Source: Macrostomum lignano
Lineage: Eukaryota
DNA: 64,000 nt
Assembly (NCBI GenBank): GCA_002269645.1
Contig: NIVC01001051.1
Span: forward strand, 62,001-126,000
Direction of reading: 5' to 3'
In this document: positions 43,055 through 56,579 of the stretch, piece after piece
Layout of the letters: every line of letters begins with the position of its first letter
Numbering within the stretch: position 1 is the stretch's first letter
Program-made: the position numbers and the translations under genes
The notes under the pieces: model-generated
Told to the model about the DNA's origin: nothing
Database searches by the model: none
Seen by the model: the letters and a program-made list of their open reading frames with translations, nothing else

Positions 43055-46000
43055 TTATTGGCCGCAGAGGCGCCTGCGCGAATGCCGACCATCTGGCGAA
43101 CGGCATCGAGGAGAGGCGCCGCCGCAGTCAATGGGCGCCGCCACCGTCGTCGGATCGACAACGACGGAATTGGCGGCGGCGCTGAACTTTCGAACCAGCG
43201 CCGACTTCTTGGCGCTCTCCGGCATGGCCTGCACAGCGGCGTAGAGCTGCGCCACCTGCAGCTGCGTGTAGTCGCGCCCGCCCAGCCGGCTGGCGGTCGA
43301 GCGGTCAACGAAATTCATGCACACGTCGACTGCTTCGTCGTTATCGTCATCGCTATCGGCGTCGGCGTCAAGGACTTCGTCGGCTTCGCGGCTGCAGCTG
43401 CGACTGCGGCTGTAGCACCGACTGCGCTCGGTCGAGAGACTGCGCATGGCGTCGATGACCAGGTGCTCGGGGACCTGGTTGGTGGGGTGGTCAGGTTAGT
43501 TAGTCTAATCAAGACGACAGGTGGGGTGGTCAGGTTAGTTAGTCTAATCAAGACGACAGGTGGGGTGGTCAGGTTAGTTAGTCTAATCAAGACGACAGGT
43601 GGGGTGGTCAGGTTAGTTAGTCTAATCAAGACGACAGGTGGGGTGGTCAGGTTAGTTAGTCTAATCAAGACGACAGGTGGGGTGGTCAGGTTAGTTAGTC
43701 TAATCAAGACGACAGGTGGGGTGGTCAGGTTAGTTAGTCTAATCAAGACGACAGATGGGGTGGTCAGGTTAGTTAGTCTAATCAAGACGACAGGTGGGGT
43801 GGTCAGGTTAGTTAGTCTAATCAAGACGACAGGTGGGGTGGTCAGGTTAGTTAGTCTAATCAAGACGACAGGTGGGGTGGTCAGGTTAGTTAGTCTAATC
43901 AAGACGACAGGTGGGGTGGTCAGGTTAGTTAGTCTAATCAAGGCGACAGGTGGGGTGGTCAGGTTAGTTAGTCTAATCAAGGCGACAGGTGGGGTGGTCA
44001 GGTTAGTTAGTCTAATCAAGGCGACAGGTGGGGTGGTCAGGTTAGTTAGTCTAATCAAGGCGACAGGTGGGGTGGTCAGGTTAGTTAGTCTAATCAAGAC
44101 GACAGGTGGGGTGGTCAGGTTAGTTAGTCTAATCAAGGCGACAGGTGGGGTGGTCAGGTTAGTTAGTCTAATCAAGGCGACAGGCACATGCTCACACATG
44201 GTGTACAGCGGCACCTTGTTGACTCTGACACGAGTCAAAACGAATCATAATGTATTTTTCTAGCTATACTACTTAGTAGGTAGTATCTCAATCTTATCAA
44301 ATCAAAAAAAAATTAAATTCTTCACACCTTGAATAATTCACCAGCGTGGCGAATCATGTAGGTCACGGCTCTGTTGGACAGGGCAATGATTCTGGCATAG
44401 TCGTCTGTGCTCTTCATCTGAAATCGGAATCGAATATTAAATGCTCTTTATTTATTAATGAACTTATCTACATGCCCAATCAAGAGATTGAGATCCCAGT
44501 TCTCTAATAGATTGAGATCCCAGCTCACTAATAGATTGAGATCCCAGTTCTTTAATAGATTGAGATCCCAGTTCTCTAATAGATTGAGATCCCAGTTCCC
44601 AAGAAGGCTGAGATCCCAGTTCTCGAGAAGGCTGAGATCCCAGTTCTCGAGAAGGCTGAGATCCCAGTTTCGAAGAAGGCTTGAGATCCCAGTTCTCAAG
44701 AAGGCTTGAGATCCCAGTTCTCAAGAAGGCTTGAGATCCCAGTTCTCAAGAAGGCTTGAGATCCCAGTTCTCAAGAAGGCTTGAGATCCCAGTTCTCAAG
44801 AAGGCTTGAGATCCCAGTTCTCAAGAAGGCTTGAGATCCCAGTTCTCAAGAAGGCTTGAGATCCCAGTTCTCAAGAAGGCTTGAGATCCCAGTTCTCAAG
44901 AAGGCTTGAGATCCCAGTTCTCAAGAAGGCTTGAGATCCCAGTTCTCAAGAAGGCTTGTGATCCCAGTTCCCAAGAAAGCCTGAGATCCCAGTTCTCAAG
45001 AAGGCTTGTGATCCCAGTTCCCAAGAAAGCCTGAGATCCCAGTTCCGAAGAAGGCTTGAGATCCCAGTTCTCAAGAAGGCTTGAGATCCCATTTCTCAAG
45101 AAGGCTTGAGATCCTAGTTCTCAAGAAGGCTTGAGATCCCATTTCTCAAGAAGGCTTGAGTTCCCAGTCCAGCAACAGACCTGTCTCGGGCAGAGCAGCA
45201 GGGGTCCGAACACGGTGCCCAGATTCTCAGGCGTCATTAGTGTCCGGGGCAGCTCGGCCACCTGTCCGAGCAGTTTGAGCAGGCTACTCAGCATCCACCT
45301 GTTGGAGTGCGGCAGCAGCTGAACGAGGATTTGAAAACCGCGGAGCTGGCGAGCCGCTGCCAGGCTGACGGAGCCGCCAGGTTTCTCAACCGGGCACAGC
45401 GGATTCCCGTTCTCGTCCAGGCGTTGCGGGTTCAGGTCTGGCGGTGGGCGGGAGCGCGATGGCATGATCTCTTAGTGTGAGTTCAGTGGCGATTCTCAAG
45501 GGCGATTTTCAAGGGCGATTCTTAAGGGCGATTCTCGAGTGAGATTCTCAAGTGAGATTCCTAAGTGAGATTCTTAAGTGAAATTTTTAAGTTAGGTTCT
45601 CAAGTGAGATTCTCAAGTGAGATTCTTTAGAGATTTTCAAGTGGGATTCTTAAGTGAGATTTTCGAGTGAGAGATTCTCAAGTGAGATTCTCAAGTGAGA
45701 TTGAGAGTAAGTGAGATTCTCTAGTGAGATTCTCCAAGGAAAGCATGAGTCAGAAGCGATTTCAATAGAGATTTTCTTAGAATTGAGTATGAAAAAACGT
45801 TCCATGAGCAAGCATCTCGGCAGTTCGTATAGAATTTTAATTAACAAGCTATAAAGTTACGAATAGTCGGTCTCTTTGTTACTCTGAAAAATTCAGTCAA
45901 TCAATCTTGTTGCTAAGCTTAGAATCATTTTTATTCAATAACGGCAATTCTGTGTGAAACATAAAATTTTGTTGTTTAAGCTGAAATTCCAACAAGAATT

Positions 46001-49000
46001 GATAATAGGAAAGAGACTCGCTTCGCTTGTTCAACGGAAGCCCCTGGCATTGAATGGAAATGGAATGGCTACTGGAGTTTTATCCCCCGAAAAACAAAGA
46101 CGCGTCAAGAGGCGAGGGAAGGGATACCCACGAATAAGCCAGTTCGCCCTGCGGCACGTTTTGGGGATCGCAAAGAATTGATGAAGATAACTATGATGGG
46201 ATGAGGTGGGGCTTCCTCGTCCTTCACTTCCCCTTCCAGTCTCGCGTCATGGGGAACGCGGGACAGAATGGGATGGGAGTCGGGGTGCACTGTTGCGCAA
46301 CAGGCTGGACAAAAACGGCCCCTCAATTTGCGTCACAGTGGGTGGCGCAGGCACTTAAAAACAGTGCCAGCCAGCGCAATACTGAGGGAAGCGAAGCCGG
46401 CCTAGCGAGGGCCCTGGAGGTGGGCAAAGCTCCCAAAAAGGATGCAGCGGAGTTTAAACAATTTCCTATTCGCTTCACAGGTGACAGCATTTCAGCACTC
46501 TGCTGGGCTTCCAAGTCGATGAGTATAAAGTATAGGAAAATGGGAAATGCCAGCTTAAGTGCTCTGTTTAGCACCTGTCGTAAGCTGAATACTTTACGAG
46601 TAGTTGTGACACAGGTGAAATTATTTGCGGAATACCGATTCGATTATTGAAAATATTGCAAAACGGAATAACTTTTTTTACCAGAAGAATTACAGATTAA
46701 AGACTAAGCTACAGACTTGATTACAGACTAAGCTACAGGCTAGATTACAGACTAAGCTACAGACTTGATTACAGACTAAGCTACAGGCTAGATTACAGAC
46801 TAAGCTACAGACTAGATTACAGACTAAGCTACAGGCTACATTACAGACTAAGCTACAGACTAGATTACAGACTATGCTACAGACTATATTACATACTAAG
46901 CTACAGGCTAGATTATAGACTAAGCTACAGACTAGATTACAGACTAAGCTACAGGCTACATTACAGACTAAGCTACAGAATGGATTACAGACTAAGTTAC
47001 AGGCTAGATTACAGACTAAGCTACAGAATAGATTACAGACTAAGTTACAGACTAGATTACAGACTAAGCTACAGAATAGATTACAGACTAAGCTACAGGC
47101 TACATTACAGACTAAGCTACAGACTACATTACAGACAACTGCAGGCACTCACCGGCCACCTGCAGGAAGTACGGCCCCAGTCGGTCAGTGAGCAGCGGCT
47201 GCTTCAAGTCGTCCAGGCAAGCCTTCAGCACTCCGGCGATGTCGTGCACGCAGCAGCCCAGCTCCGACACGACCGCCTCGGCGACAGACTGACTGGCCGG
47301 CAAGTCCTGCTGCGCGGCCGGGAACAGACGGCGACGAAGCTGGCGCTGACGGCTGACCTGGCCGGACTTGCGGAAGATGCCCTCCGCGTCGAGGCGACTC
47401 TCCAGCAGGTGGATGAGCCGCTGAACTCCCGTCAGGATGTCTGCATTCAAGAAGTCGTCGTTTTGGGCAGCAGCGGCGGCATCTGCAGAGACGGCAGAGA
47501 CGTGCGGTTGACCTGCGGCGGATCGGATGTCCATTTTGAGTTCGAAAACTTATATGAGCATAGCTTTAGTCGCAGTTCCCCATGTAGCCGTGCATACATT
47601 TCGAAAGGTCATTGTTGGGTCACCTGTGCTTAAATCCACCTGGTCCTCCTCCACTGCCCTGCTCCGCCCTGTTCACCAAGTCGCCGCAAGATCGTAAAAA
47701 TGTTCAAACTCGGAAATTTTCAAAACAAAGACTATTTTACGACCTAGACTCTATGCAAGAGCTTCAAACTTAATTACTAAATAGAAGCTTTGTCCCGAGT
47801 TGTAAATATTCGGTCCAGCGAGTTTGATGAGGCGTTGATGGAGTTTGATCTCTTTCTGGGTGAGTGGAGAAGCGCCAGAAGCAACAGGCCAGCAGATGGC
47901 CTCCAGCGCCTGGAGCAGGTCAGGCTCTGCTATGCAGCCCTTGGGGGTCTGGAATCTCGCTTGATTAATGAATAGGTGGACGGCAGGGGCAGTCAGCTGA
48001 AAATCCTTATTCACAAACTGGACAACAAAGACCCACTGACAGATATAGGAAGCGAAAGTGTTAAGAATGGAACGTTAAGAGGTTGCAGACACGATATCGG
48101 CATTCTTTCTGTTGCTCATTTCCTCTTGAAGAAACTTGGGTCATCTTTTTCTCTTGGGGAGTGGAAAAACACCTGACAGAATCTCCATTCTCCATCACTT
48201 CCATTTGTGGCCCGGTTCTTTGTCACCTTGATTTCCAAAACTCCGCATGGGGGACAAAGACTTGAATCTTAAATACTTGAGGACAAAGACATGGCACTAC
48301 AGGCTCGTAGTAATATATGCACCGGACCGGAGGTGGGTTCACAGACCCTTCCCAGGAGAGTAGGAAACCATGGCTTCCTACTAAATTGGATTTATAGTTA
48401 TTGTCCATAATTTAGTTGAAGACTACTAAGGGTTCTCAAGCCAATCCCAAGACCAGACCCCGATGGGCCCCACAAAACACTTGAGTGTTTTATTGGGTTC
48501 GCATCACATGGGCTGAGGCCTGAGGCGTCTATATTAGTTTGGCAATGGTCCAGGGCTCCATATTTACTGCCTATAGGCAGGGGTGGAAATTGAGCTCTTT
48601 CCTTTGCTTTTGCTTCTTCTAGGGGACTGGGGAGTAAGATTTATCAAGATGGGCATTGGGCCAAAGTTTAAATTGACAACAAAATAGTGCTCCAAATTCG
48701 AGTTGAGTGAGTTGATGGCCAGGCTGTGTAGGAATAAAACTCAGGCCTATACTCAATCATAATTGCGGCACCCCTTGACTACAGAAAACTCTGTGTATTT
48801 TAGATGACCATCTGTGCGCACCGCATGGGAAAGTGGCTGGTTGTATAAAGTCACTCCAGCCTAAATTTTCGATTCCATTAGAGACCATTGCGCAATGATT
48901 TGTTTTATTAGCAATAGACGAGTCTTCAGTTGCGAGGGCGATGCGATGAGATTAGTGCAGACATATATGCGATCGAGCCGGTAGCATTTCCATATATGAT

Positions 49001-52000
49001 AAATATTGACAAATATTTGTGCCCCCTAGCAACCCGGACACGCGGGCTTGATCAGGCTATGAGTTGCGCAACATACAAAACGATTGCCAAAATGATGGAA
49101 TTCAAATTTCTTGTGCAGAGTCAGGTCTCTCTTCTATTAATAACTGGTGTCCCATGGTGGGGTCGCATAAACCCGAATACCATAACTCGGAAAACCAAAA
49201 TAGTGTTGCGCGTTGCTAGCACTTTTGGAGTTGTGATACTTTGGGTTTGTATTTTGTGATATTTCGGGTTTGTAATGTTTCGGGCTTGTGATATTTCATG
49301 TTTGTATTTTGTGATGTTTCGGGTTTGTATTTTGTGATGTTTCGGGTTTGTATTTTGTGATGTTTCGGGTTTGTATTTTGTGATGTTTCGGGTTTGTATT
49401 TTGTGATGTTTCGGGTTTGTATTTTGTGATGTTTTGGGTTTGTATTTTGTGATGTTTCGGGTTTGTATTTTGTGATGTTTCGGGTTTGTATTTTGTGATG
49501 TTTCGGGTTTGTATTTTGTGATGTTTCGGGTTTGTATTTTGTGATGTTTCGGGTTTGTATTTTGTGATGTTTCGGGTTGGTATTTTGTTTTTTTTCGGGT
49601 TTGTATTTTGTGATGTTTCGGGTTTGTATTTTGTGATGTTTCGGGTTTGTATTTTGTAATGTTTCGGGTTGATGCTATTTCGGGCTTGTGATTTTTCGGG
49701 CTTGTGATTTTTCGGGTTTGTGATTTCGGGTTGTGATGGAAAGCGCTTTTCGGGCTTGTGATTTTCGGGTTTGTGATGCCCCCCGTTCCTGGGCTACAGG
49801 GAAGTTCTATTTTCAAACGTCCATACATGGGAATTCACAGCTGATTGCAGACTTATACCAGAAGGCCACGAAAAAAATTTTACTACAAAAGAAACACCTG
49901 GAATTAGAAGCCAGCTTTATACAACAAATGCATACTTCCTCACATATGCAGTCAGTTAGTATAGTTGGACTAGGCATCAGAGATCTCTTGCCATATTCTA
50001 GATCATAGAATCTACTTCAGTAACTTCAGTAATTCTATGGGGTGCATTCTGGCCCATAGACAATGGCTGGCTTGCATCGCCAGCATATTTTTACAAGCGT
50101 TCAGACCGAGTGGGCCAACCGGTCTCTATTATGCAAATTACAATCTCTAAAAGCAAAGGAGGCCAAGTTTCCATTTCGCTCCGACAAAGACCTTAAAGCT
50201 CCTAAGCTATAAAGATTAGATAGGTAAGATAGAACATTTAAGTTAGGAACCCTGCCGAGTCGTGCCTTAACTTGGTCAGTTCTCGAGAGGCACTGCACTG
50301 CCCAGTAAGGCCTAGTTAGATTCGGGAAACTGATGGCTGCTCTCTGATAAACAGTCCCAGTCCCCTAGAAGAAGAGGAAACAAGTGTTGGTCTGTCTGCC
50401 TTCCCGCCGGCTGACTGTGCTGTGCTGTATTTTTCCCCGAGACAGACAGAGAGAAACGTTTGAACTCCCCATATATTATTATTAAGCATTCTATACGATA
50501 TAATGGTTCTATAGCGAACTTTACATTAAAATGGGGCCGCCATTGATATCAGTTTTGAACCCTTATTTTCAAGTCCCATTTCCTAATTACTGTTGTCGTG
50601 TTAGTCCAACGTTAAACGGTTAACTGTCTATAGCTTCAAATAAAGGTATAGTCAAGTACTAAAGACGGATTTGAAATGCCTATAATCATAATCCTCGTTT
50701 GAAATCCCGACTTTGAGATCCCGATTTTGAACTCCCGATTTTGGAATCCCTTGATTTAAAATACAATTTTGAAATCCCTGTACTTGAAATCCCAAATTTT
50801 AAAGTCCCTGTATTTGAAAATTGAAATCCTAAATTTTAAAATCTCTATATTTGAAAATTGAAATCCCAAATTTTAAAATCCCTATATTTGAAATCCAAAT
50901 TATAAAATCCCTATTTCGAAGCCTCTCCTCACCTGCACCGCTGTGCTGCCTGACGGACCGGCAGACTCGCACCAGCAGACCGCCCGCAGCCGATGGCGTC
51001 CTTCTCGCCGTCGCCGACATCGGGGCGCCGCTAGACTGCGGCGGCGGGCACGAGTCGATGACGTCCTGCAGGAAGTCGGCTGGCACGTCGGTCACGAAGG
51101 CCAGATTGACGCGGCAGATTTCGTAGAAACGGCGCGGCCGAATGTGACGGAGCTCGTCGAGGCAGGCGGAGGCGGCGTCAGGCTGCACCGCGGACCGATG
51201 GAGCGCCTGGCGTCGGGAATTGGGGATGAAATTTTCATATTGTGTGCCTTGCCACTTGCCAGACTGCCGTGTTATTCTGGGGTCATTATGGAAAACTGGA
51301 GAGAGCTAAATGGTTAAATGCTAGACTAGAAAAGATTCTCAAAAAATAGCCGAGCTCTAAAACGCCTTCCCCCACCCGCCTCAAACGGTTGCAATTTGCG
51401 GTTTATCAGTCAGCCGCACTAACTGCACCCAATTAACAATTAGCACTCAGCGGCGGGAGCCCTGAGCTCAACTATTTTAAATTATCCAACTGATAAGAGC
51501 CAAATTAGACAGCTCACCAAATTTAAATTCCCCAATGGGCGCAGACAGTAAAGGTGTGAAATTACTCAGATGGCAGATTAAGTGTGATGAGGGCCTAAGC
51601 GGCAATCTAAGGAATCTGTTTGTTTATTTGTTTATTATATATGGATACCAGGTAGTTTAGGTGCGAAAATTGATCCACAACAGATTATCAATCTGTCACA
51701 ACTCATCTACTACCTTTCTAATATTCTGTTTGTCTACCTATCTTGCTATCTACCTGTCTACCCTATCTGCGTATCTACCTGTCTACCCTATCTGCGTATC
51801 TACCTGTCTTACTGTCTACCTCATCTGCCTATCTACCTGTCCACTCGTCTGTCCATCGAGTTATCTGTCTGCCTGCATTGTTAAAAACTTGAAAAAAAAT
51901 TATCAATGCTCCATCATCCATGCTAAGCAAATCCAATCAACCAAATCCCAATCCCAAATCTCAAAGAAAAAAATCTAAAAAATGTTAAACCAAGCCGGCA

Positions 52001-53157
52001 CAGGAGAAAAGGTGGGGCTAAATTTTAGAAATAATAATAATAAAAAACTCGCGAAGAGAACCCCGCCCCAGATACAAGACATTCCACCGACTCAACTCAG
52101 AGAAGAATGCGGCTGTCTGCCTGTGATTTAAGCAGCAGGTGGGATAATTGCGCGAGTGGGGACCTGTCTTTATCGCACCTGGAATTCTCCCCTATTGTCT
52201 GGAGGGATTTGGATTGGCAGGTAGATTCGAGCCTCAAGGCTATGGGTTTGGGCACGGGTGCCACGCTTCCACTTTGAAATGGGGAACTTCGAGACTTTAT
52301 TTTCATCCCACATCCATGATTTTCCAAATCTATCCCAATTGTTGTTTCACAATAGACCGCCCCTCTACCCGCACAATTAGCAATCAATCAAGACTTTTTT
52401 AGCACAGGCAGCACCTGTAAACTTGTTGAGATCCCAGGGTACAGCTAGCACACGGGGTGAAATGGGGAATTCGGGCACATGCAGACACAGACACAGACAG
52501 AGACAGTAAATAAAGATAGATAGAGTTAGATAGAGACAGATAGAGACGGATAGAGAGATAGATGCAGATGGATAGAGACAGATAGAGACAGATAGAGACA
52601 GATAGAGACAGATAGAGACAGATAGAGACAGATAGAGACAGATAGAGACGGATAGAGACGGATAGAGACAGATAGAGACAGATAGAGACGGATAGAGGCA
52701 GGTAGAGACAGATAGAGACGGATAGAGACAGATACAGAGGTCCGAAATAGAGACTCACCCCATCATCTCCGCAGCAGCCAGCGATGGTGGAGGACAGCAC
52801 AGGCGTGGACACCAGCCGGGAGTCTTCAGCCACCGGAAGGTCGGCACCGCTGCTTCGCCGCTGCCTCTGCTGCTGCTGCTGTTGGCGCCTGGCTAGAAAT
52901 TTCGGCGACGGCGACGACATCATGTCGATGTCGGCCATCATCGCGTCGACATCCGGATCGGAGACGGTCAGGCTGGCGGAGCCGCCGCTGGCACGGCGTT
53001 GAAACTCTGGTGGCGAGAACTCGGCTCGGAGGCTGCTGAGCTGCTGGTGATGCTGCTGGTGCTCGGACAGCTTCAGCCGGACCAGCTGTACGCTCGAGTC
53101 GAAGTCCTCAGAAATCGGGTTGACCCGATGCGAGGCCGGGTGCAAACGGCGGAGCAT
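43055..53157 (-). CDS. ARHGAP19: Rho GTPase-activating protein, ARHGAP19/RhoGAP54D-like, ~589 aa
   Basis: complement join(53157..52759,51206..50933,47482..47153 [alternative in-phase acceptor at 47512],45437..45181,44417..44328,43474..43055); phases consistent. RhoGAP motifs EGIFRKSG, HDIAGVLKACLDDLKQPLL, LLPHSNRWMLSSLLKLL, MTPENLGTVFGPLLL. ARHGAP19-type motifs LRHIRPRRFYEICRVNL and TQLQVAQLYAAVQAMPESAKK. AATAAA overlaps the stop codon. Confidence 0.88.
43480..44183. repeat. 39-bp minisatellite (GGTGGGGTGGTCAGGTTAGTTAGTCTAATCAAGACGACA)
   Basis: About 18 units ending at the last ARHGAP19 acceptor. Confidence 0.95.
44468..45165. repeat. 24-25-bp minisatellite (GAGATCCCAGTTCTCAAGAAGGCTT)
   Basis: Tandem units seen directly. 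Confidence 0.93.
45490..45740. repeat. ~13-bp degenerate repeat (GTGAGATTCTCAA)
   Basis: Degenerate tandem units. Confidence 0.7.
46690..47137. repeat. 24-bp minisatellite (GATTACAGACTAAGCTACAGACTA)
   Basis: Tandem units seen directly. Confidence 0.9.
49235..49775. repeat. 23-bp minisatellite (GTTTCGGGTTTGTATTTTGTGAT)
   Basis: Tandem units with a 23-bp period. Confidence 0.9.
50690..50920. repeat. Degenerate TTTGAAATCCC repeats
   Basis: Degenerate tandem units next to the donor at 50932. Confidence 0.65.
52490..52740. repeat. 10-bp minisatellite (GATAGAGACA)
   Basis: Tandem units seen directly. Confidence 0.9.
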
Positions 53158-53689
53158 CTTTGGTGACTCGGTGAGCAGGCAGGAGCAATTGAGCGCAGCG
53201 ATCAGTGCTATGAGTGGGAGGAATTGAAGCTGGCTGAAGTGGAGTGGCTGGCTTTAATATTCCGGGAGAGAGGACCCCCGCGTCTCAGTTTGGAATCTCG
53301 AGAGCCAATGGGAGCTCAGGAGGCCTCTCATTGGCTGGCACGTATTTTCATTCCACCAACTAGAATTAGCTTGAAATAGTTAAGAAAATATAATTAGCTA
53401 ATTATCTTGTGAGCGCAATCAATGCTTGAAAGTTCACAATCATTAGAATTAACAAGAACTTACCTTCCGCGAATTTTTTCTCTGGTACTTTTTACACTGC
53501 CTCGTTTGACTATAAATATGGATTACATAGTATACGCTATATATATTGTAGTTTAGAAATACTAAAATTCATTCAAACATGTGATTTATTAATTGATTGT
53601 GTCTATGGCCGTTCGTAGTTTTGGTTGCACTATTACGCTTGAATCAAGCTTGGAGACACTTAAAAGCTTATATCAATGTGTCTCCACTC

Positions 53690-54512
53690 CCCATCCCTGC
53701 AGTCTCACCCCAATGAGATCAGCTCCCTGTAGTCTCACCCCAATGAGATCAGCTCCCTGTAGTCTCACCCCAATGAGATGAGATCCGTTCCCTGCAGTCT
53801 CACCCCAAAGAGGTCCGTTCCCTGCAGTCTCACATTGACATGATCCGCTCCCTGCAGTCTCACCTTGACATTATCCGCTCCCTGCAGTCTCACCTTGACA
53901 TTATCCGCTCTCTGCAGTCTCACCTTGACAGGATCCTCTCCCTGCAGTCTCACCTTGACAGGATCCGCTCCCTGCAGTCTCACCTTGACAGGATCCGCTC
54001 CCTGCAGTCTCACCTTGACAGGATCCGCTCCCTGCAGTCTCACCTTGACAGGATCCGCTCCCTGCAGTCTCACTTTGACAGGATCCGCTCCCTGCAGTCT
54101 CACTTTGACAGGATCCGCTCCCTGCAGTCTCACCTTAACAGGATCCGCTCCCTGCAGTCTCACCTTGACAGGATCCGCTCCCTGCAGTCTCACTTTGACA
54201 GGATCCGCTCCCTGCAGTCTCACCTTAACAGGATCCGCTCCCTGCAGTCTCACCTTAACAGGATCCGCTCCCTGCAGTCTCACTTTGACAGGATCCGCTC
54301 CCTGCAGTCTCACCTTGACAGGATCCGCTCCCTGCAGTCTCACCTTAACAGGATCCGCTCCCTGCAGTCTCACCTTAACAGGATCCGCTCCCTGCAGTCT
54401 CACCTTGACAGGATCCGCTCCCTGCAGTCTCACCTTGACAGGATCCGCTCCCTGCAGTCTCACCTTGACAGGATCCGCTCCCTGCAGTCTCACCTTGACA
54501 GGATCCGCTCCC
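53690..54512. repeat. 30-bp minisatellite (GGATCCGCTCCCTGCAGTCTCACCTTGACA)
   Basis: About 27 units. Confidence 0.95.
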
Positions 54513-55169
54513 TCCGCAACAAACTCTCAAGCTTCTGTGCCAGTTAGCGCACAGAGTACAGTGCAGCACAGTGAGCACACACCGAATAGTTAGATCTTGA
54601 TTGATATCGGGCAGATGTGAAGTCAAGCGAAAGATTCAACAACCCGTGATGGAATTAACCCACCCACCCCCTGGGGGGCACCGGCAAAAACTGATCAATT
54701 ATTCGCTCGACCGAACGCCGCCAACAAAAGTTGAATTAAATTTGCCTTTTACTTTCTTCTATAGAATTTGAACGAATAGTTAAACAAAATTAGAGCAACA
54801 GTTTTGAAAGAGAAGTCAACAGGGTCAGCCAAGCGAATACCATGGGCACAGTTGATGGCTGGGTGCACGCACTCAGTCTAGAGAGAGGGCCATTGGGGTG
54901 ATTATTCAGTTCTCAGTTTGAACCGAACCGCTAAAGGTGTTGGCTGACTTGAGAGCCAAAAATAATCTGGGAAGGGACTTCTACGAGCTATAGTACATGT
55001 AGGTAGTAGAAACTTAGATTGAAAGACCCGCTCGCAGCTAAAGATAATCAATTATTGATAGTAGATAGGTCAAATAGGTCAAAAGTATTAAGAGATTTGA
55101 TTTTATATCATATTGTAAAAATATAATTTATTGCAATTTTAAAACCATTTTAATCACCTTACTCGTTTT

Positions 55170-55852
55170 CACCTACAAATCATCTACAAATCATCTACGA
55201 ATCATCTGAAAATCATCTACAAATCATCTGAAAATCATCTGAAAATCATCTACAAATCATCTATAATCCATAGAAATAAAGACTTTCCGTGACAATATTT
55301 GCGTTCTCCGGGATTTTCTTTGGTAATATTCAATAATATCCCGTAAAGTCTTTATGTCTATGGTTTATACGAGATTACACATGCCTTTTTCGGGAGTTAT
55401 TTTCATCTACAAACCATCTACAAATCATCTACAAATCAACTGAAAATCATCTGAAAATCATCTACAAATCATCTACAAATCATCTACAAATCAACTGAAA
55501 ATCATCTGAAAATCATCTACAAATCATGTACAAATCATCTATAAATCATCTACAAACCACCTACAAATAATCTACAAATCAACTGAAAATCATCTGAAAA
55601 TCATCCACAAATCATCTACAAATCATCTGAAAATCATCTACAAATCATCTACAAATCATCTACAAATCATCTACAAATCATCTACAAACCACCTACAAAT
55701 CATCTACAAATCATCTACAAATCATCTACAAACCACCTACAAATCATCTACAAATCATCTACAAACCACCTACAAATCATCTACAAATCATCTGAAAATC
55801 ATCTACAAATCATCTACAAACCACCTACAAATCATCTACAAATCATCTACAA
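55170..55852. repeat. 11-bp minisatellite (AAATCATCTAC)
   Basis: Tandem units interrupted at ~55262-55400. Confidence 0.9.
55262..55369. mobile_element. ~108-bp hairpin MITE within an 11-bp satellite
   Basis: 25-bp inverted repeat with 2 mismatches (TATAATCCATAGAAATAAAGACTTT / AAAGTCTTTATGTCTATGGTTTATA). Confidence 0.55.
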
Positions 55853-56579
55853 ACCTTACAACAGGTCTTGTTTCTGTTTCTGTCAGGTCAGAATTTCGAG
55901 TGGTTTCGCACCCGCGCCCAATCCAAGTGTTGCCAAAGGCCCCTGAAACACGGAGTCCTCAAGCGGGCAAACGATGATGTCATTGTTTTGCAATCAACCA
56001 GATAAATCCGACACCCTTAGGGCCCTCAGACGGCAGTATTATTAAGTCTAACCAAGCGTTGCCCTGCAGTATCGCGTTACCCACCCGCAGCCTCATCCAG
56101 ACCGTAAAACAGTGAAACAGTGGCGGCCCTTTTGGCCAAGCAAAACTCAGCATCCCAACGCCTGACATTGAATGCTCCATTCGTGAAGCGGCAAATTTTG
56201 GTTTCTATGCTATTTTGCATGGCTGGTCTTCTCCCGTGCGTGTAGGGGCTGTGATTTGATATCCTCAACTCTCTCTCACCCCTCGGTTGGCCATGAGTCT
56301 CCGGGTCGCTTGAGACTTTGATTTTAGAGGAGGAAAGATATCCGGACTTTTCACTTCACACCCCATGCGTGACAGGGCGGTATAAGGGAGGCAACTCAAT
56401 CCGTATCTTAGCCTATATATAGTCATATCAGATCAGGAGATAAGAGCCTTCCTAATCTGATTCTGACTGCTCATGCCAGTTTCCAATAATGACTTTCTAA
56501 TCTGAAATGCAGGTGAGAATTTTCATTTTTTTGCTTTTTATCAGACTGAGGTGTGTGTGTGCGACTGTAACTAGGGCAT

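Noticed and set aside
43058-44263. 401-aa plus-strand ORF
   Set aside because: It is the antisense of the ARHGAP19 last exon plus the 39-bp array.
46100-50330. Short non-repetitive ORFs (46201-46650, 47751-48014, 50101-50298)
   Set aside because: No diagnostic motifs; probably decayed elements within ARHGAP19 introns.
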